Below, piece by piece: positions 1-14,200 of a stretch of DNA of 64,000 nt. How positions within the stretch are numbered: the first letter of the stretch is position 1; each line of letters starts with the position of its first letter. The translations under genes were made by a program, and so were the position numbers. This DNA comes from Tubiluchus corallicola (Eukaryota; Animalia; Priapulida): contig JAQGDQ010000104.1 in NCBI GenBank assembly GCA_030141605.1, positions 124,001 to 188,000 of the forward strand. The letters are read 5' to 3'. The notes under the pieces are model-generated. The model ran no database searches, was not told where the DNA came from, and saw nothing but the letters and a program-made list of their open reading frames with translations.

Positions 1-564
1 TAGCCTCAAAATTCACATGGTGACACAAGGAGCCATATTATTACCACATTAGAGCAAAATAACAAAAATTCAGGCAATCCTGTCCATTGAGCAAAATCAT
101 CGTCATAATTCTAAACTTGTGTGAGCTACAAAGCCAAACTAGTCAAAGGAAAAACATTATTGCTGCAAGAGAGTTATAAATGGTACATCCGTGTCTGAGA
201 ACTAGGTAATGAACACACACATTCAACAACTGACGAAAAATAGTGATTACTGCGAGCCTTGGGGTCGAACCGAGTAACAACATTCCATTAGGCATAATTA
301 AGAAGTTTTCAAAGTTCTTCTTTCATTGCTGGCGTGCTGTAAATGACCAATTCTACAGAATCCTTATATATTTAGCCAAAATATATGCCTAAAATACCTA
401 TACGTGTAAAACCTATGGAACGTTTCACTGAATATTAAGAATTATTTAAGCCAAACCAGCATCTGCTAGGTCACAAAAAACGTTTAAACTAAAAAACGTG
501 CGGAAAATGCATAATTATTATAGATTCATGGTCTCATGAAAAAAAAAAAATATATATATATATA

Positions 565-846
565 CTATACTATACTATACTATGCTATACTATGCTATGC
601 TATGCTATGCTATGCTATGCTATGCTATGCTATGCTATGCTATGCTATGCTATGCTATGCTATGCTATGCTATGCTATGCTATGCTATGCTATGCTATAC
701 TATACTATACTATACTATACTATACTATACTATACTATACTATACTATACTATACTATACTATACTATACTATACTATACTATACTATACTATACTATAC
801 TATACTATACTATACTATACTATACTATACTATACTATACTATACT
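565..846. repeat. Compound pentamer microsatellite (TACTA)n/(TGCTA)n/(TACTA)n
   Basis: Read directly; accounts for the spurious YAMLC/YYTIL ORFs. Confidence 0.97.
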
Positions 847-948
847 AGTAAGTATAGTTGATAAGTATTGTTTAGTATACTACGTATTATATCTTGGCAA
901 ATTTCTACTGGTATAAAGTGCTTGTAGGCGTATTATTAATTTTTCTAG

Positions 949-3900
949 AAATTTCCAGAAGCAGAAGTTCCAGAACTGAAAACAGCTATAGACAAGTTTT
1001 GTGATAAGTGTAAGAAAGTTAGCAATCGAATCCTGGAGCTTCTAGGTGTTGGCTTAAACCTGAATGTAAGCGCACATTTTCATTTTGTTTCTAAACCCAA
1101 AAAATTTACCTAAAAATTCAGGTTTTTCTTGCAATGTATATAAACTTTCGTTTATTTCCAGATTTTAAATGAACGTTATTGATCAAAACGTCAGGTGGAC
1201 ACAAATAAATAAGCCCTTCTTAAATGCTAGAGCATTTTTGTGCAATTTGTATATAAATTTAAAAGGGCAAACTAGAAAGATTTAGGCTCTTACCCACTAA
1301 TTTTTACAAACAAACTACAAAAAAAACATTTTATGCTTGGTATTATCATCAAGCTCTGGAAAAATAACAACTCCAAATTAGTATCATTGCATTGACTTTA
1401 TGGAAGCGTTCATTCATTCATTTCAACCATTTCCTGATTTATTAATTTTATTTTTTCAGCTATCTAAATTTTAAAAAAATGTGCTGTTCACAGAAAAGGG
1501 AAAAATGCTTACTAAACACATCAGGATTTTCAAAGACAAGCGAAGGAGATTGCCGATAAGAAATGATCAAGGTCAAACATTGGTAAATTCTAAAAAAAAT
1601 CATAGCGCTGACTTTGATTTATTCTAAAAAGAACTAAATCTGAAAAAATAAAATAAAATTAGTAAATGAATGAAATGAATAAAATAAAATTAACGCGTCT
1701 GTAAACACAACCTAATGTTCCATGGCATGTTAAATAGAGCTTACTTTATTGTGTCCACCCTGTAGTATGAAACTTTGTAAGTTTGTTGCAGACTATGAGC
1801 CCAGAGAACAATTTTCTGTACGAGCTAGATTTGCTGCACTAATTAATAATTAATTCTGTTATTTAAACAGATTCTTGGTGGCGCAGAATTTGGCACAGAC
1901 ACAAGACTTTTCAGCTGAGCTCTTCCGTGTCTACTTCTGCAATTGTGTCAAAATGTTAGGTAAAAGCATAAAACTAAAATTGTGCTGAAGGCAGCCATGT
2001 TTCTTGCTGGATAAAATTAGTACTAGATTCAGTAACTAAAACAGACGCAAGTTAGTAACATGTTCTTTTTGTCAATAATTTACCTAATATTTTGATATAA
2101 TGCAGAAGTGCTCTGGTGAAAAGTCTTACGTCTTTCAATTTGGTTACTGTATGACTGCATATACCTGTGCACTGTGCAATAAATGCTGAAACTTTACCAT
2201 CATGATCATAGTATTATTTAAAGCACTAACTAATTCTACGTATGAATGTTATTAAGTCATAATACTTTTATTAATAGGATCGTGACTTTTTTATCAAAGC
2301 ACATGATGAAGAGAAAGGAGCAAACAATATGACGGCTTTTCGAACTCTTTTCTATCGGTCTGTTCCATCCACAGGTATCACAGTTTAATTAATTTAAAAG
2401 CAAAACATCCGTTACCATAGCATAGTTTCCCATCCGTTTATTTTTTTTCTAAATCAATGTTTATTTCAAGCAGTGCTTTTTCCAAGCGTGATAATTTTTA
2501 TTTCTGCAATGTATTTTTCAATTTCACACGTTTGTAGGCACCATTTCTGGCAAAGAGGGATTACAATCACTAATTAAAGAATTTTAACTGCAAAACAAAC
2601 CCAGAATGTTTTATACAAGGTGACAAAAACTCGATTGGAACTTAACTGTGTAGAACAACTGTTGAATTTTTATAACCCGTCATTTCGGTAACGATTGGCG
2701 AATTAGTGAGCGGCTACGCATCACACAATATTATTATACATACACGTAAAAATGTTAAGAATGGCCATGACACATTTCACAATTTTGTCGCGAAAGAATA
2801 AATAAGAATGAACTGCAAAAATTCACACGACCGGGTTTGGAACGATCGTAGGAGTTTTACAGGAGGAATTCCCGCAATTACGTCATCAAAATAGTTTCAG
2901 GAACGCTGCACGACTGTATTCAAAATATTATATTTAAAAAAAACGGTGCGCGGTAAGTTTCGTATTTTACTTAACTTTGGTCCTGATAATTTTGGTACGA
3001 GGAAATTTTGGTACCAGGAAAATTTGGTACAAGGAATTTTTGGTCCGCGGTAATTTTGGAACTCGGAAAATTTGGTACAGAGGAAATATGGTACCGGCAA
3101 ATATGATACTAACGAAGTTTTGTCAGGCATTTTTGGTACGTGTAAATATAGTACATGGTAAGCATGGTACGGGGAACAGGTTTGTACTATGAAAGTATTA
3201 GTACTAGAAAATTTTGTTACCATTAGTAGGATAATTCGATGCAGGGAAAGTTTAGTACAAGGAACTATGAAAATATGTTTTATACAACCTACTCGGACAA
3301 GTTATAGAGGCTCACGTTGTTGCATTTGTTTGTTGCTCGCTTCTTCTTTGTTTGTTTGTCTGTTGTTTGTTATTTGCGTCATCATCATCATCGTCGTCGT
3401 CGTCGTATATTGTTACATTTGTCGTCTTTTTTCTGCTGTTTTTGTTATTGTTGCTATTGTTGCTGTTGTTGTTGTTGTTGTTGTTGTTGCTGTTGCTTCT
3501 GTTATTGTTGTTGTTGTTCATAAGAAACGGCTTCCTTCAAACATACCAAATTTCGTTTTTCACTGACAGTTGCATTTAATTTTGACTCGCACATTTGATT
3601 GAAAGAGTGTACATCTGCCCGCATCACGTTTCATTTGGCTTTACCTGCAGTATATCCAGAGTTTTATATTGCAGTGAAATTAGCAACTAACCAAATGCGA
3701 TGTGGAGAACACTCTGATTGGGGAACAATAACTCTTCTCTTTCAAGATCAGGCTGGAGGTCTGGAGGTATGGTGATGCAAGTAGTTTATATTGGTTGGCG
3801 CAGAAAAAATGTGCCGAAGATTAGCCGAATGTTTGAAGCAAGTGCCCTACAAAGATGAAATTTCACAGCACGATATTACAATACATTAGCTTTTGGTATT

Positions 3901-5720
3901 GTATGCTTCACGCTTGCAGTTTTGATTGTTTCTAAGTCAAGTAGTTTCATCAACATTATTGAATTTTAATTCTTGTTAACCAATTATTTGTTGACGCGAC
4001 TTCAAACCGTTTGATAAATGATGCTATCGTTTCATATAATTTGTGTTTCGTCACAAATAAATAAATAAATAAAAACTTCAGACAACATCAATATGTAGCT
4101 TAAATTGACTTTCAACATTTAATATGTGATTTCTCTTGGACGAATATTATGCAGATCTGTCATCTTACTACCCCTCAGCTTACTTAGTTTAATTTAATTT
4201 AATAATCTCGGGGCAGGTGCCGCCACAGTATCGTAGTGTTTTATTGTGATAAAATTGATAATGCCAAAATCTTCTACAATTTGTAATATCAAAATGCCAA
4301 TATTTGTAATAACAATAGCTAGGATTGGGTGCATGGTAACACCATTATGAAATTTTTTTTTGACATAACCACGTAGCACAAGAAATTCGTTACTAGTGGC
4401 AATATGACTATTTTAACTTACACCAGATGGCACCACGTCATTCATTAAACGTTATTTTAAGTCAGTTTTTAACAAGATCAACGCTCAATTTGAATTGCAG
4501 TATTGTGTGTCGCATGATAAAGTATTGCCACAAAATAATCAAATTTTTGCACACATTTGGTATATCTTTATTTATCTACGTTAAACTTTAGCACTTTCTC
4601 AACACATCCTTATATAATTACATACGTATATTTGTATAAATGAGTTTGCATTATTGCTTTGCTCGTTTTTAACTATGTTCTAAACGTTAGATCCGTATAT
4701 CAATTGAAGGCACAAAAATTTCTTGAAAGGGCCATGATAAGCCTGGCAGGAAAATAGCTTCCGCGAGGGTTAAATGGTCTAGAATCTTCAGAGCCTTAAT
4801 TGATATTAAAGTTACAGTTACAATTGTACATGTATTACACGCGAAGTTCACATGATAAATTAAAACTTTTATGTGGAGACTGAAATAAATGCTTCATTGC
4901 AGGTTATGAACAGGAATGGACTTTACGTTAACGCGTATCCAATGAAGGGGTCCGTATTGGTCAACATTGGCGACTTGTTGCAAAGATGGACTTCTGGGAA
5001 ACTCGTGTCAGCTGTAAGAATTTACTACATTTATTCTATACGGTGTACAATAGTGTAATATGTATTAAATAAAATGCTACCCTAGTACCTGTGCGTGCTG
5101 TGATTTTAACAGCCATAATGCACATTTCTCGTGAAACTTTCCTTAAATGTAAAATTTAACATTCCCTCTCGAAACCTTCTTCCCTTTATAAACTTCAGTG
5201 ATGCCATCAGGCTGTTTCAATGACAACCTTTTGTACAAAAACATTCGTGATACCCGTAAAGCGATAAACGTCAGCCATATATTATATATTTTTATGAAAA
5301 CAGTGTAAAATATTTTCCATCTATAAAGTAATCGGTCCTAACTGCATTTCTGTGTGGCCTGTGAAATCTAGCTGTAATTCAAGTACTGCGTCTTACAATG
5401 CAGTGAGGTTCTACAGTCAAGCTTTATATGGCCTTCAACTGCTTATAATGCGATGTTGTGAAATCTACTATATCCTTTAAAACACAATGTAAGGCATGTA
5501 AAGTGCCATGGCATCATCTTGTTGTAATTCTTTCATTTTATTTCAGAAACATCGGGTTGTGGTTCCACCTGAGATCAAGACCAGACATAGACAATCGATT
5601 GCATTTTTTGTCAGTCCAAATGACGACGTGATCGTGGAACCTATTGACGGATCCGCTGATATTTCACCTGTTTTGACGTCTGATTACTTTGTAATGAAAA
5701 TGAGGGAAACGTTTTATTAG
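949..5720 (+). CDS. 2-oxoglutarate/Fe(II)-dependent dioxygenase, IPNS/DIOX-like (3' part; 5' exons not identified, probably outside the window)
   Basis: Five GT-AG exons join in phase: 949-1065 (KFPEAEVPELKTAIDKFC...LGVGLNLN), 2278-2374 (DRDFFIKAH...TAFRTLFY), 3675-3766 (CGEHSDWGTITLLFQDQAGGLE), 4903-5013 (VMNRNG...VLVNIGDLLQRWTSGKLVSA), 5547-5720 (KHRVVVP...RQSIAFF...FY*). The HxD...H iron triad and the RxS 2OG-binding motif are intact. Confidence 0.93.
2940..3290. repeat. Degenerate ~15-bp repeat block (AAATTTTGGTAC-like), probably subterminal repeats of a non-autonomous DNA transposon
   Basis: Many imperfect GGAAATTTTGGTAC units. Similar short-unit blocks occur at 5870-6030 and 43560-43700. 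Confidence 0.5.
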
Positions 5721-7690
5721 CTGCACGTTTTGCATCTTGTTTACGTAGTTAACTTTGTGTTTTGTACAAATTAGATGAAAATACGCTTTTCCAACTTTGC
5801 TAACAGAGAAAACACCAGAAACAGTATTGAAGATGAACTCAGCGCCAAAAATTCACCTACCACCTATACGCACACGTTTATTCGGCCCCAGACAGCGTAT
5901 TCGGCTGCAGTAATTCGACCCCAGTACAGTTCCCCCCTCGGACAAGTTGGCCCTAAGACAATCTGCCAAAAGGACAAATCGGCCTCAGGAAAATTCGACC
6001 TGGACAATTCTGTCCCGGGATCTTTCGCTCCAAAAATTGCTTAAGTTAGCTTTTCTCGCAAATGGGAAAATAATGCTTAAGGTGCAGACCTACTGACCAT
6101 CTAGAATGCACAAAAAATGTCCGACTTAGTAAATGGCATTTTGTTTATTCTGCACCAACATGATTGATTCAATTATAAACGCTACGCTACTCGCATCACT
6201 ACATAAAGCAGGTAGTTTGCACTGGGATGAAATACGTATCAGCCTCTCCAAATTGAACCATTTGACCAATTAAATTAAATTCAATTTTATTTTCTCAATA
6301 GCTGTTAAAATTCGTCATAATTATTTTTGGTCACTATGACCAAATGGTCCCTATTGGTCACTTGGTCAGCTGCCCCTTATTAAAAATACAAGTTTACTCA
6401 CAGGCTCATGACATTTTTAGGTGTTTGTGCATATAAAAGGCAAAAGCAACAAAAATCAACTCAACGCAGAAATGCAATTCAAAGCATAACAAGGCATAAC
6501 ATCAAGCAAAAAATTAATGAAATTCAATGTAGAGAAAAAATAATATCAAACAAAAAAAGCAACAAAAATCTACTCAAATCAAAAATGCAATTCCACTCAG
6601 AATAAAAGAAAGTTTTCACAAGCAACGCAAAACGGAATTTAACTTATAGCAAAAAATTATATCAAACAAAATGAAAATCAAAGCGAAAATTTTATAAAGC
6701 AAACGCAATTCAACTGAAGGTAAAAGAATTTGTCAAAACCAAAGCAAAACAAAATTCAGCTTAGAGCAAAAATTATACCACACAAAAGCAACAAAATCAA
6801 ACTCCGAATTTGACCGAATTAACAAAAGTAAAATAATAAGTTAATAATTATTAATGGTCGTTGTTCGTGGTTTGCAGAATTGCTTTGTTGTTATTATGCA
6901 AATACCCCCCCCCCCTCCCACACACACACACACAAACGCAGATGAGTGCAGTTTAAAACTTAGCAAATCCAATGAAAGACCGAAGCCTGTTTTTCACTAT
7001 AAACAATTTATTTAGTTTGTATTCTTACATAAGAATTGTTCCTATTTAGTGGTCAATATTGGACTTTTCCGTAAAGTGCTGCTGATGTAAACCAGAAAAT
7101 CGTCTTTTAAATTATATTAATTGCTGTTTAGTTAAACTTTTATTGTTTCTCATGTATCGTGGTTTAAACAAATGTGTTTATTGCATCAAGATAGAAAATA
7201 TATTTCATTATCTAGCTTCCAGTTTTCATCCAAAAAACTCGTGATACTGTCCAGTGGGCAAGGCGCCCTGTTGTAGGCTTATCGCTTACTTAGACTCTAA
7301 TCGCTTTAAATTAAATGCTGCATAAATAGTGCATAAATGCTGCACAACTGATGCATACATGCTACACAAATGCTACGTAAATGCTACAAAAATGCTCCAT
7401 AAATGCTGCATAGTTTTATAATAAGAAAAATGAAATCACGTACGCTAAGAAATTGGACGCATGTTTCACTGCAATAGAGACATAACTAAGTAATAATTAG
7501 CGTCCTAGACGAGACTAGCGAATCTAGACACGGCTGGTTATGCTTTGGTGATCCACCTAGGTAACCAATCTTCGTGGGCTCGTCTTGCAAATGACCACTT
7601 CTTGTGATAAGTTTAATTTTTAGACGTGACAAACGTGGCGCTCATTAGTTTCACGTAAACAAAATTTACGTACATTTTGAACGCTAGTAA

Positions 7691-10600
7691 TTATTTGCTG
7701 ATTCGAGACATATCGTGGCAATGCAAACAATGTGAACAGACTAAACACTTATTCGTTAACTTGCTAACTGTCGTTCGAAGTTTAATGGCTGGTCCTAATT
7801 TCATGCCCACATTGGTGATTAAATGTTCTTCTGTGAGTAGTGGCAAAGTGGCGCCATCAATCGACTGATCTTTGAAAACCTGTAAAATATTATATGATGA
7901 TTAGCTTGCATAATTTTGTACATGTAACACATTTTTCTGTTTTCCGTGACTCATAGACAACCTTTTAAGATTACTTATAAATGTAATTAAATAATGGACT
8001 GTAAAGAAAAAAATTAATGATATATATATATATATATATATAAAAGTGTATAGTAGGTATAGTAATATATTATAAAATAGGAACAGTAACAGCAACGACA
8101 ACGACGACGGCAAAAATTGATTATAAACAAGTTTTTATACAATTCGACCTCCGCAAGCCGGCATCCTCAAGGGATTACTTGATGACTGTGGCAGGCCCGG
8201 AATCTATCTTTCACCAAGAATAACCTTCTAAAACGAAAAGTTGAATCGACAAAGCTGCTTTATTCGTGTTCGGAAGGGCTTCTTCCTTGGATATTGCCAA
8301 AGGAAGCCCTATACAAAAACTGAACAAAACTGACAGAAAGCTGAATATGTAAGCCTTATTATACACTTTAAACTGTTGTTACCTGAGCATAATCAGCACA
8401 AATCTCTATACCACTAACGAACTTATATACATCATCAACTGTCCAGTTCGCCATGGCGTCCGTTTCCAGCTGACAAAGAGCCGAATCTGGAGGGTCGTCC
8501 GTAAGACTGGAATCAACAGTATAGGAACAACGGCTATCAGCCATCCTTGAATTTGGTCGACTAAAGGTGGCGCTAGGTGTCATTTCGCGCAGTTTTTCGT
8601 ACGAAACACGTTCAGACATTTCGCTGTCACCAGCAGCAGTCAAAAGGCGCTCGAGTCGTCGCTCTTGGCAGTTTGGCATTGTTGGAGTATCTGGGTAAAA
8701 CCTGGAGGTAGGGTTGTTCATCGGTACAGGCCAACATGGAAACATGGGAAAATGAGGGTATCCCAGCGGTATAGACCTCGTATATAACTGTGGGTCAAAC
8801 ACAGGTAAAGCTTCTCTCATTCGTTTAATACTGGTTTCACTCTCTTCACTGTACGAAAACCGTTTCTTTACACTAGGACTATAGTCTGGCGACGCCACCT
8901 GTTGACCAGGCCATGAATGTGAGTGCTCCAGATTATAAAGTTTACCAGGAGGGTTTTCTTCACTATCCGTCTCTGTCCTTTCACCTGAAAAATCCACGTT
9001 TTGCTTTGGTGGATAATGTGGAGATCTACGTTCAGGGAGTGGTTCACTAGGCACACCTGGTAGCTCGCGTTGTCTCTGCGATCTTGCCATCATAAGAGGC
9101 GGCATTTGGCGCGGCATGTGAGGCCAGTTAATGTCTGACGGAACCGTGCTGTAAAAACAAACAAACAAACAAGCTGTGACTACCGGCTTGTCAACTTGTG
9201 TCAAATAGACAGCACTGTGTTTTATTACAGCAACCATAAAATTACACCTTTATGAATTTTATATTTAGTGAAAAGGTCACGCAATCTAGTTGATAACTGT
9301 TCTGGTGTTCAGTACCACTTCTGCAGCTTATTCAGCATCATTCGTGCATTGTAATGTAATTGCTATAGTGATAAATTGTAAAATATAGTCTAGTCATCAC
9401 TTTAGTTTGGCAAAATGTCCATAAACATCATTACTCATTTAGGTCAAATAGTCTTTGCCTTTGGAATACATTTGACTAGCGTTTAACGTGTAACGGCACG
9501 TTCAGACTAGCGTTTGACGTGTAACGGCGCGTTCAGACTAGCGTTTTCTCTCGCGAGTTTTCTCTGTGACAGAAAACTCTCAAGTGTAACCTGCTTATCG
9601 AGTTACTGCCATCAAGTTATTGCAAATTGACCGGTACGAGTTGGTACGAGTTGATTTCCTGCGAGTTACTGTGTGAACGCCTCAGCGAGTTACTGTGTGA
9701 ACGCCTCAGCGGGTTACTGTGTGAACGCCTCAGCGAGTTACTGTGTGAACGCCTCAGCGGGTTACTGTGTGAACGCCTCAGCGAGTTACTGTGTGAACGC
9801 CTCAGCGAGTTACTGTGTGAACGCCCCAGCGGGTTACTCTCGACTCTTCTGGCAGCTCCCGCTTACTGTCGGTGAGTAACTCGCTCTCTAGTTTGAACAC
9901 GCTTCCAAGAAATCTCGCTAGTTTGAACGCACCGTTAGACATTAAACGTTAGCAGAATGTATTCCAAAGACAAAGACCGTTTGACTTAAATGAGCAAAAT
10001 GTTTGCATGCCTTATTGTTTAATAAAAATCTGAATTATTGTGCATTCCTGCGTGAGGTATTAAAGAAAATCACTTGCAGTCAATTAGCAGGAATCTAACT
10101 TTGTAGTTAAACTGTTAGATCTAAAAGCGGCTAGGAAATGAACCTGGAAGACGCTTCTCAACACTATAAGTACAATCCTCTTACTAATATACATATGTTA
10201 CAAAACTATTGGGTGACTAATACGTATAATTTTTATAATATATCTAATAATACTAATGTCTTACGTCCGTACAAATACGTACTAAGCTTACTTTACCTGT
10301 GCTATTTTCTACTGAAAACAACTGAAACGCTCCTTAAGAATGTTTTGCGCAGGAAAATTCATTAATGCACGAATGTTTCACACAGTAATGTTTGCTTACT
10401 GTTCTTTGTCTCGTTTGGCTACATACTGTTGCAGAAAATCCATTATTTACTATTAAGTTTTCCTAAATTGGGAAAATCTGTGAAATAGAAGATTCGCTAG
10501 CCAAATTTTACACACTCATACACCTTCACACTTATCAAAGAAGCAGCTAGCGTGTAGAGGCCATTATAAGCGCTAAAATTTATATTTTTTACCTTCTGCT

Positions 10601-11213
10601 TCATACAACAATTTTTTCTATATTTTTGTCGTTAAGTGAATGTTTGTTTGAAAAGACGTGGTAAATTGTTCAATGGAGTGTTCCAAAACTTACAGCCTTA
10701 TAAGAGATCATTAGGTCTTACGTTAACAGTTTCGAGATAGGCGTACTATATAATAACGACTTGCTTCACACCCGCATTGTAAGAAATATTGAGATATTAA
10801 AAAGGATACCAAATAAGCCGAGTTGTGTGTTAACATGTATGCTAACAATGGGTAACAAATAATAAATTTCGGTTTCATACTAATTAATTGTTCGCCAGTC
10901 TTGCAGACTTTGTAGTTCTTGACTGATGGGATGAAAGCCGTAATTCCACGTTCTTTGATAGACCATGTGCACCCGCCATAAGTGGATCTAAAAATTTCCT
11001 ACATTTTCTCGAAATTTAATCAACTTATATACGATATTTCGCAGGCTGCATTTTGTACATTGATGAAATCCAAAAAAACGTTTAAAAGATGCAAATCTTA
11101 ATAATCATCTATCTTTTAACAGGTACCGGTAAAAAGCCTTTGCTTTTTGTGTTTCCATCCGTAATCTTTTAACTAGCCCTTTTTATCTGTTTTATCTGTA
11201 GAATTTTATTGTG

Positions 11214-11245
<32 letters not shown>

Positions 11246-14200
11246 TGCGTGTGTGTGTGTTTATATGTGTTTTGTCTGCTTTCGTATTTTATACTTTCTT
11301 GTTAATATTTTTAATAAAGATTACACATTAAATAAGTAGAACTAAGATCATAATGAATACTAAACTGTGCCAAATACAGCGAAAATAGTGATGCACACCA
11401 AACGCATTTCATTAATTGTACTAAACTGGATCTCCAGCTTGTTTTATAGCCTGGCATGCTACACAGTTTTACCCTTTAGTGATATGGTCAACTACGTAAG
11501 AAAATTAATGGCTTTTGTTGTTGGTTACTCAGTTACTATGACGATGTTCTCGTTTACCAATAGATTGTCCTGCACTTTCATTGCTCAAGTGACTCAAAAC
11601 TGTTCTACGACTTCTGTTTGCTAATTTGTTTATTAATCCTGCTGGACCGAGTTTTGCCGCAGATATTTCGTAAAAAAAAAAAAATTTTGTAAAAACTATG
11701 CAGAAATGTTCAAAAGGTCTTACGTAGTAGAAAATTGGAAAAATAGCAAAGGAGGGGCAACCCAATTACAAGTTTTACTAATCTCAAGACTACTCAAATA
11801 ATATCAAGAATAATCAAAACTTATTTTGCTGACATTTCGCGGAAAACCGCAAGCCTAAAAAGTGTCAAACTTAAAAATCCGATTTTTACAAGCTGCTATT
11901 GGACCATCCGATTCATTTTGTCTATTTTCGTGTTTCTGGCGACTGCGTGCTTGCACTAAAATGTCAACTCTTTTACCTCTGGAACACTGATGAGAAGGGC
12001 AGGAATATAGGGTAGGATAAAAATATGAGCCCTAGGAAACAAACGAATGAAATCAATATATTGCTCACACAATAGACACAAAATTTTCTATAGGTTTTAC
12101 ACGTCAATTGTAGACACAGGAAAGTTCAAATGTGACTTAGGTAAGTCAAATGTAGACGTAGGCATTTCGAATGGGTTTTGGAAACTCAAATGTGACTTAG
12201 GTAAGTCAAATGTTGACGCAGGCATTTCGAATGTGTTTTAGTAACTCAAATGCGACTTAGGTAAGTCAACTGTTGACGTAGGCATTTCGAATGTGTTTTG
12301 GTAACTCAAATGTGACTTAGGTAAGTCAAATGTTGACGTAGGCATTTCGAATGTGTTTTGGTAACTCAAATGCGACTTAGGTAAGTCAAATGTTGACGTA
12401 GGCATTTCGAATGTGTTTTGGTAACTCAAATGTGACTTAGGTAAGTCAAATGTTGACGTAGGCATTTCGAATGTGTTTTGGTAACTCAAATGCGACTTAG
12501 GCAAGTCAAATGTAGACGTAGGCATTTCGAATGTGTTTCGGCAACTCAAATGTGACTTAGGTAAGTCAAATGTAGATGCGGTACTTTGAATAAATCGGTA
12601 ATTAACTCATTTAAGTGCAAGTTACAAAAAGATAAACCAAAGATAGTCATCACCTCTTTCATAACTTTGAAAAATGCGTTGTTTATCATCAAACTAAATT
12701 TTTTGATAAACCATAATGTAGGCAGAAAAGAATAAATCGGTTCCCACTTCCCAATGAACAGTGAATCACTAATTAGTTTTTTAAGTAATGCATTAGCACT
12801 GCATTAATGAATTAGTTTCTCTCAAGAAACATTCTTTATTTTAAGAATGTATTGTTTTCTCTAACAGTTCCAATGGTATGTAAAGTTTACAGAATATTAG
12901 TGAACTATTAGTAGGCCAGTAATGTTGTTATTTTCACAGCAATTATTAAATTAAGTTTAAAGGAGATTATATTTAACATCCTTAAGGTTCACCACCTTGA
13001 GATTCCAATGTCACATTTGACTTGACATGTATCTACATTTGACTTACCAAAAATGCTTAAGATTTCTTGAAAACCATTGCTAACAATTTGAACTACCTTA
13101 GTCTACATTTGAGTTACCAAGACACATTTGAATTACCAAGACACATTTGAATTACCTAAATCTACTTTTGAGTTAACGCAGGTCTACATTTAACATGTAA
13201 CACCTATAAAATGCAGAATCAGCAACCAAATGCATTTTCTTTACTCTTTAAAGTGTAACGCCTGAGGTTTTAATTTAATATTATGTCAGACATTCACGCG
13301 TGTAGACGATGTAGTTAACAATACTGTTAGTATAACGTTCCCATTTGAAATATCGCTTACGAGTGAATACCGGTAATAAGAGTTGTGTTAGTGTGTCACT
13401 CGGTCAACGCCCGCTTACAGCGCAAGAGGTCATTGTGCACCTCAAGCACGAAGGCCTGCAATACTGTAGTACAGAGTATGTTGACTGAATGAACAAAAGT
13501 GGGTTAGCTGTACTCAGACGAAGAAAGAATAAAGAAAGCACTTATAGCAGTTTGGCAAAAAAAATTGCTCAATGCACGAAAACATACCATTACTCAATAC
13601 GTTTGAATGTGGAAGTTCCTTCTGAAAGTTGGCAGCATGCTTCATTATTGTTTAATACATGCTATGATAAGGCAGTAGATATACTGTTATACTGTCATGA
13701 TTAGTGGCTAAACCTTACTACCAACTACTTACAGCAACCATGGACAAAATTGAGATTACTTTGAAAGAAAAACATTGGATAATTTATTAATTTAAAGTTT
13801 CCGATGATTTTTGAGTTTGCTAATTATTTACAGTTATATTTTTGAAATCTAATATTTCGAATACCATTTATGATGACATTTAACATTCAAGAAAATACCG
13901 TGGCGTGTATAATTGCGTAACTATCTCTAAAAGTCATATATTCAAGAATAAATCATCATCAGCAGCATCAGCAGCAGCAGCAAACCTGACACTGATCCAT
14001 TATAACTGAAAAAAGATCGCTTTAATAGCTACATCACTTAGGAAATGACAAGCCTACAATTTTCAAACAACATAAAAAAATGAAAATGGTGTAATGACGT
14101 TACGACTGCATTAAGGTTTCGTTATTAAAACAAATGGATTTGTTTATGGTGTATTAGTTGTTCTGAAGTACCTGTCAGGTAGACTGTATTTAGCTGCCAA

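Noticed and set aside
565-846. (TACTA)n as a branch-point array upstream of the 949 acceptor
   Set aside because: The unit does not produce the CTAAC/CTGAC core; it is an ordinary pentamer microsatellite.
12125-12580. CRISPR-like regular array (also 9661-9840 and 36425-36810)
   Set aside because: Contiguous tandem units with no unique spacers, no cas genes, eukaryotic context.
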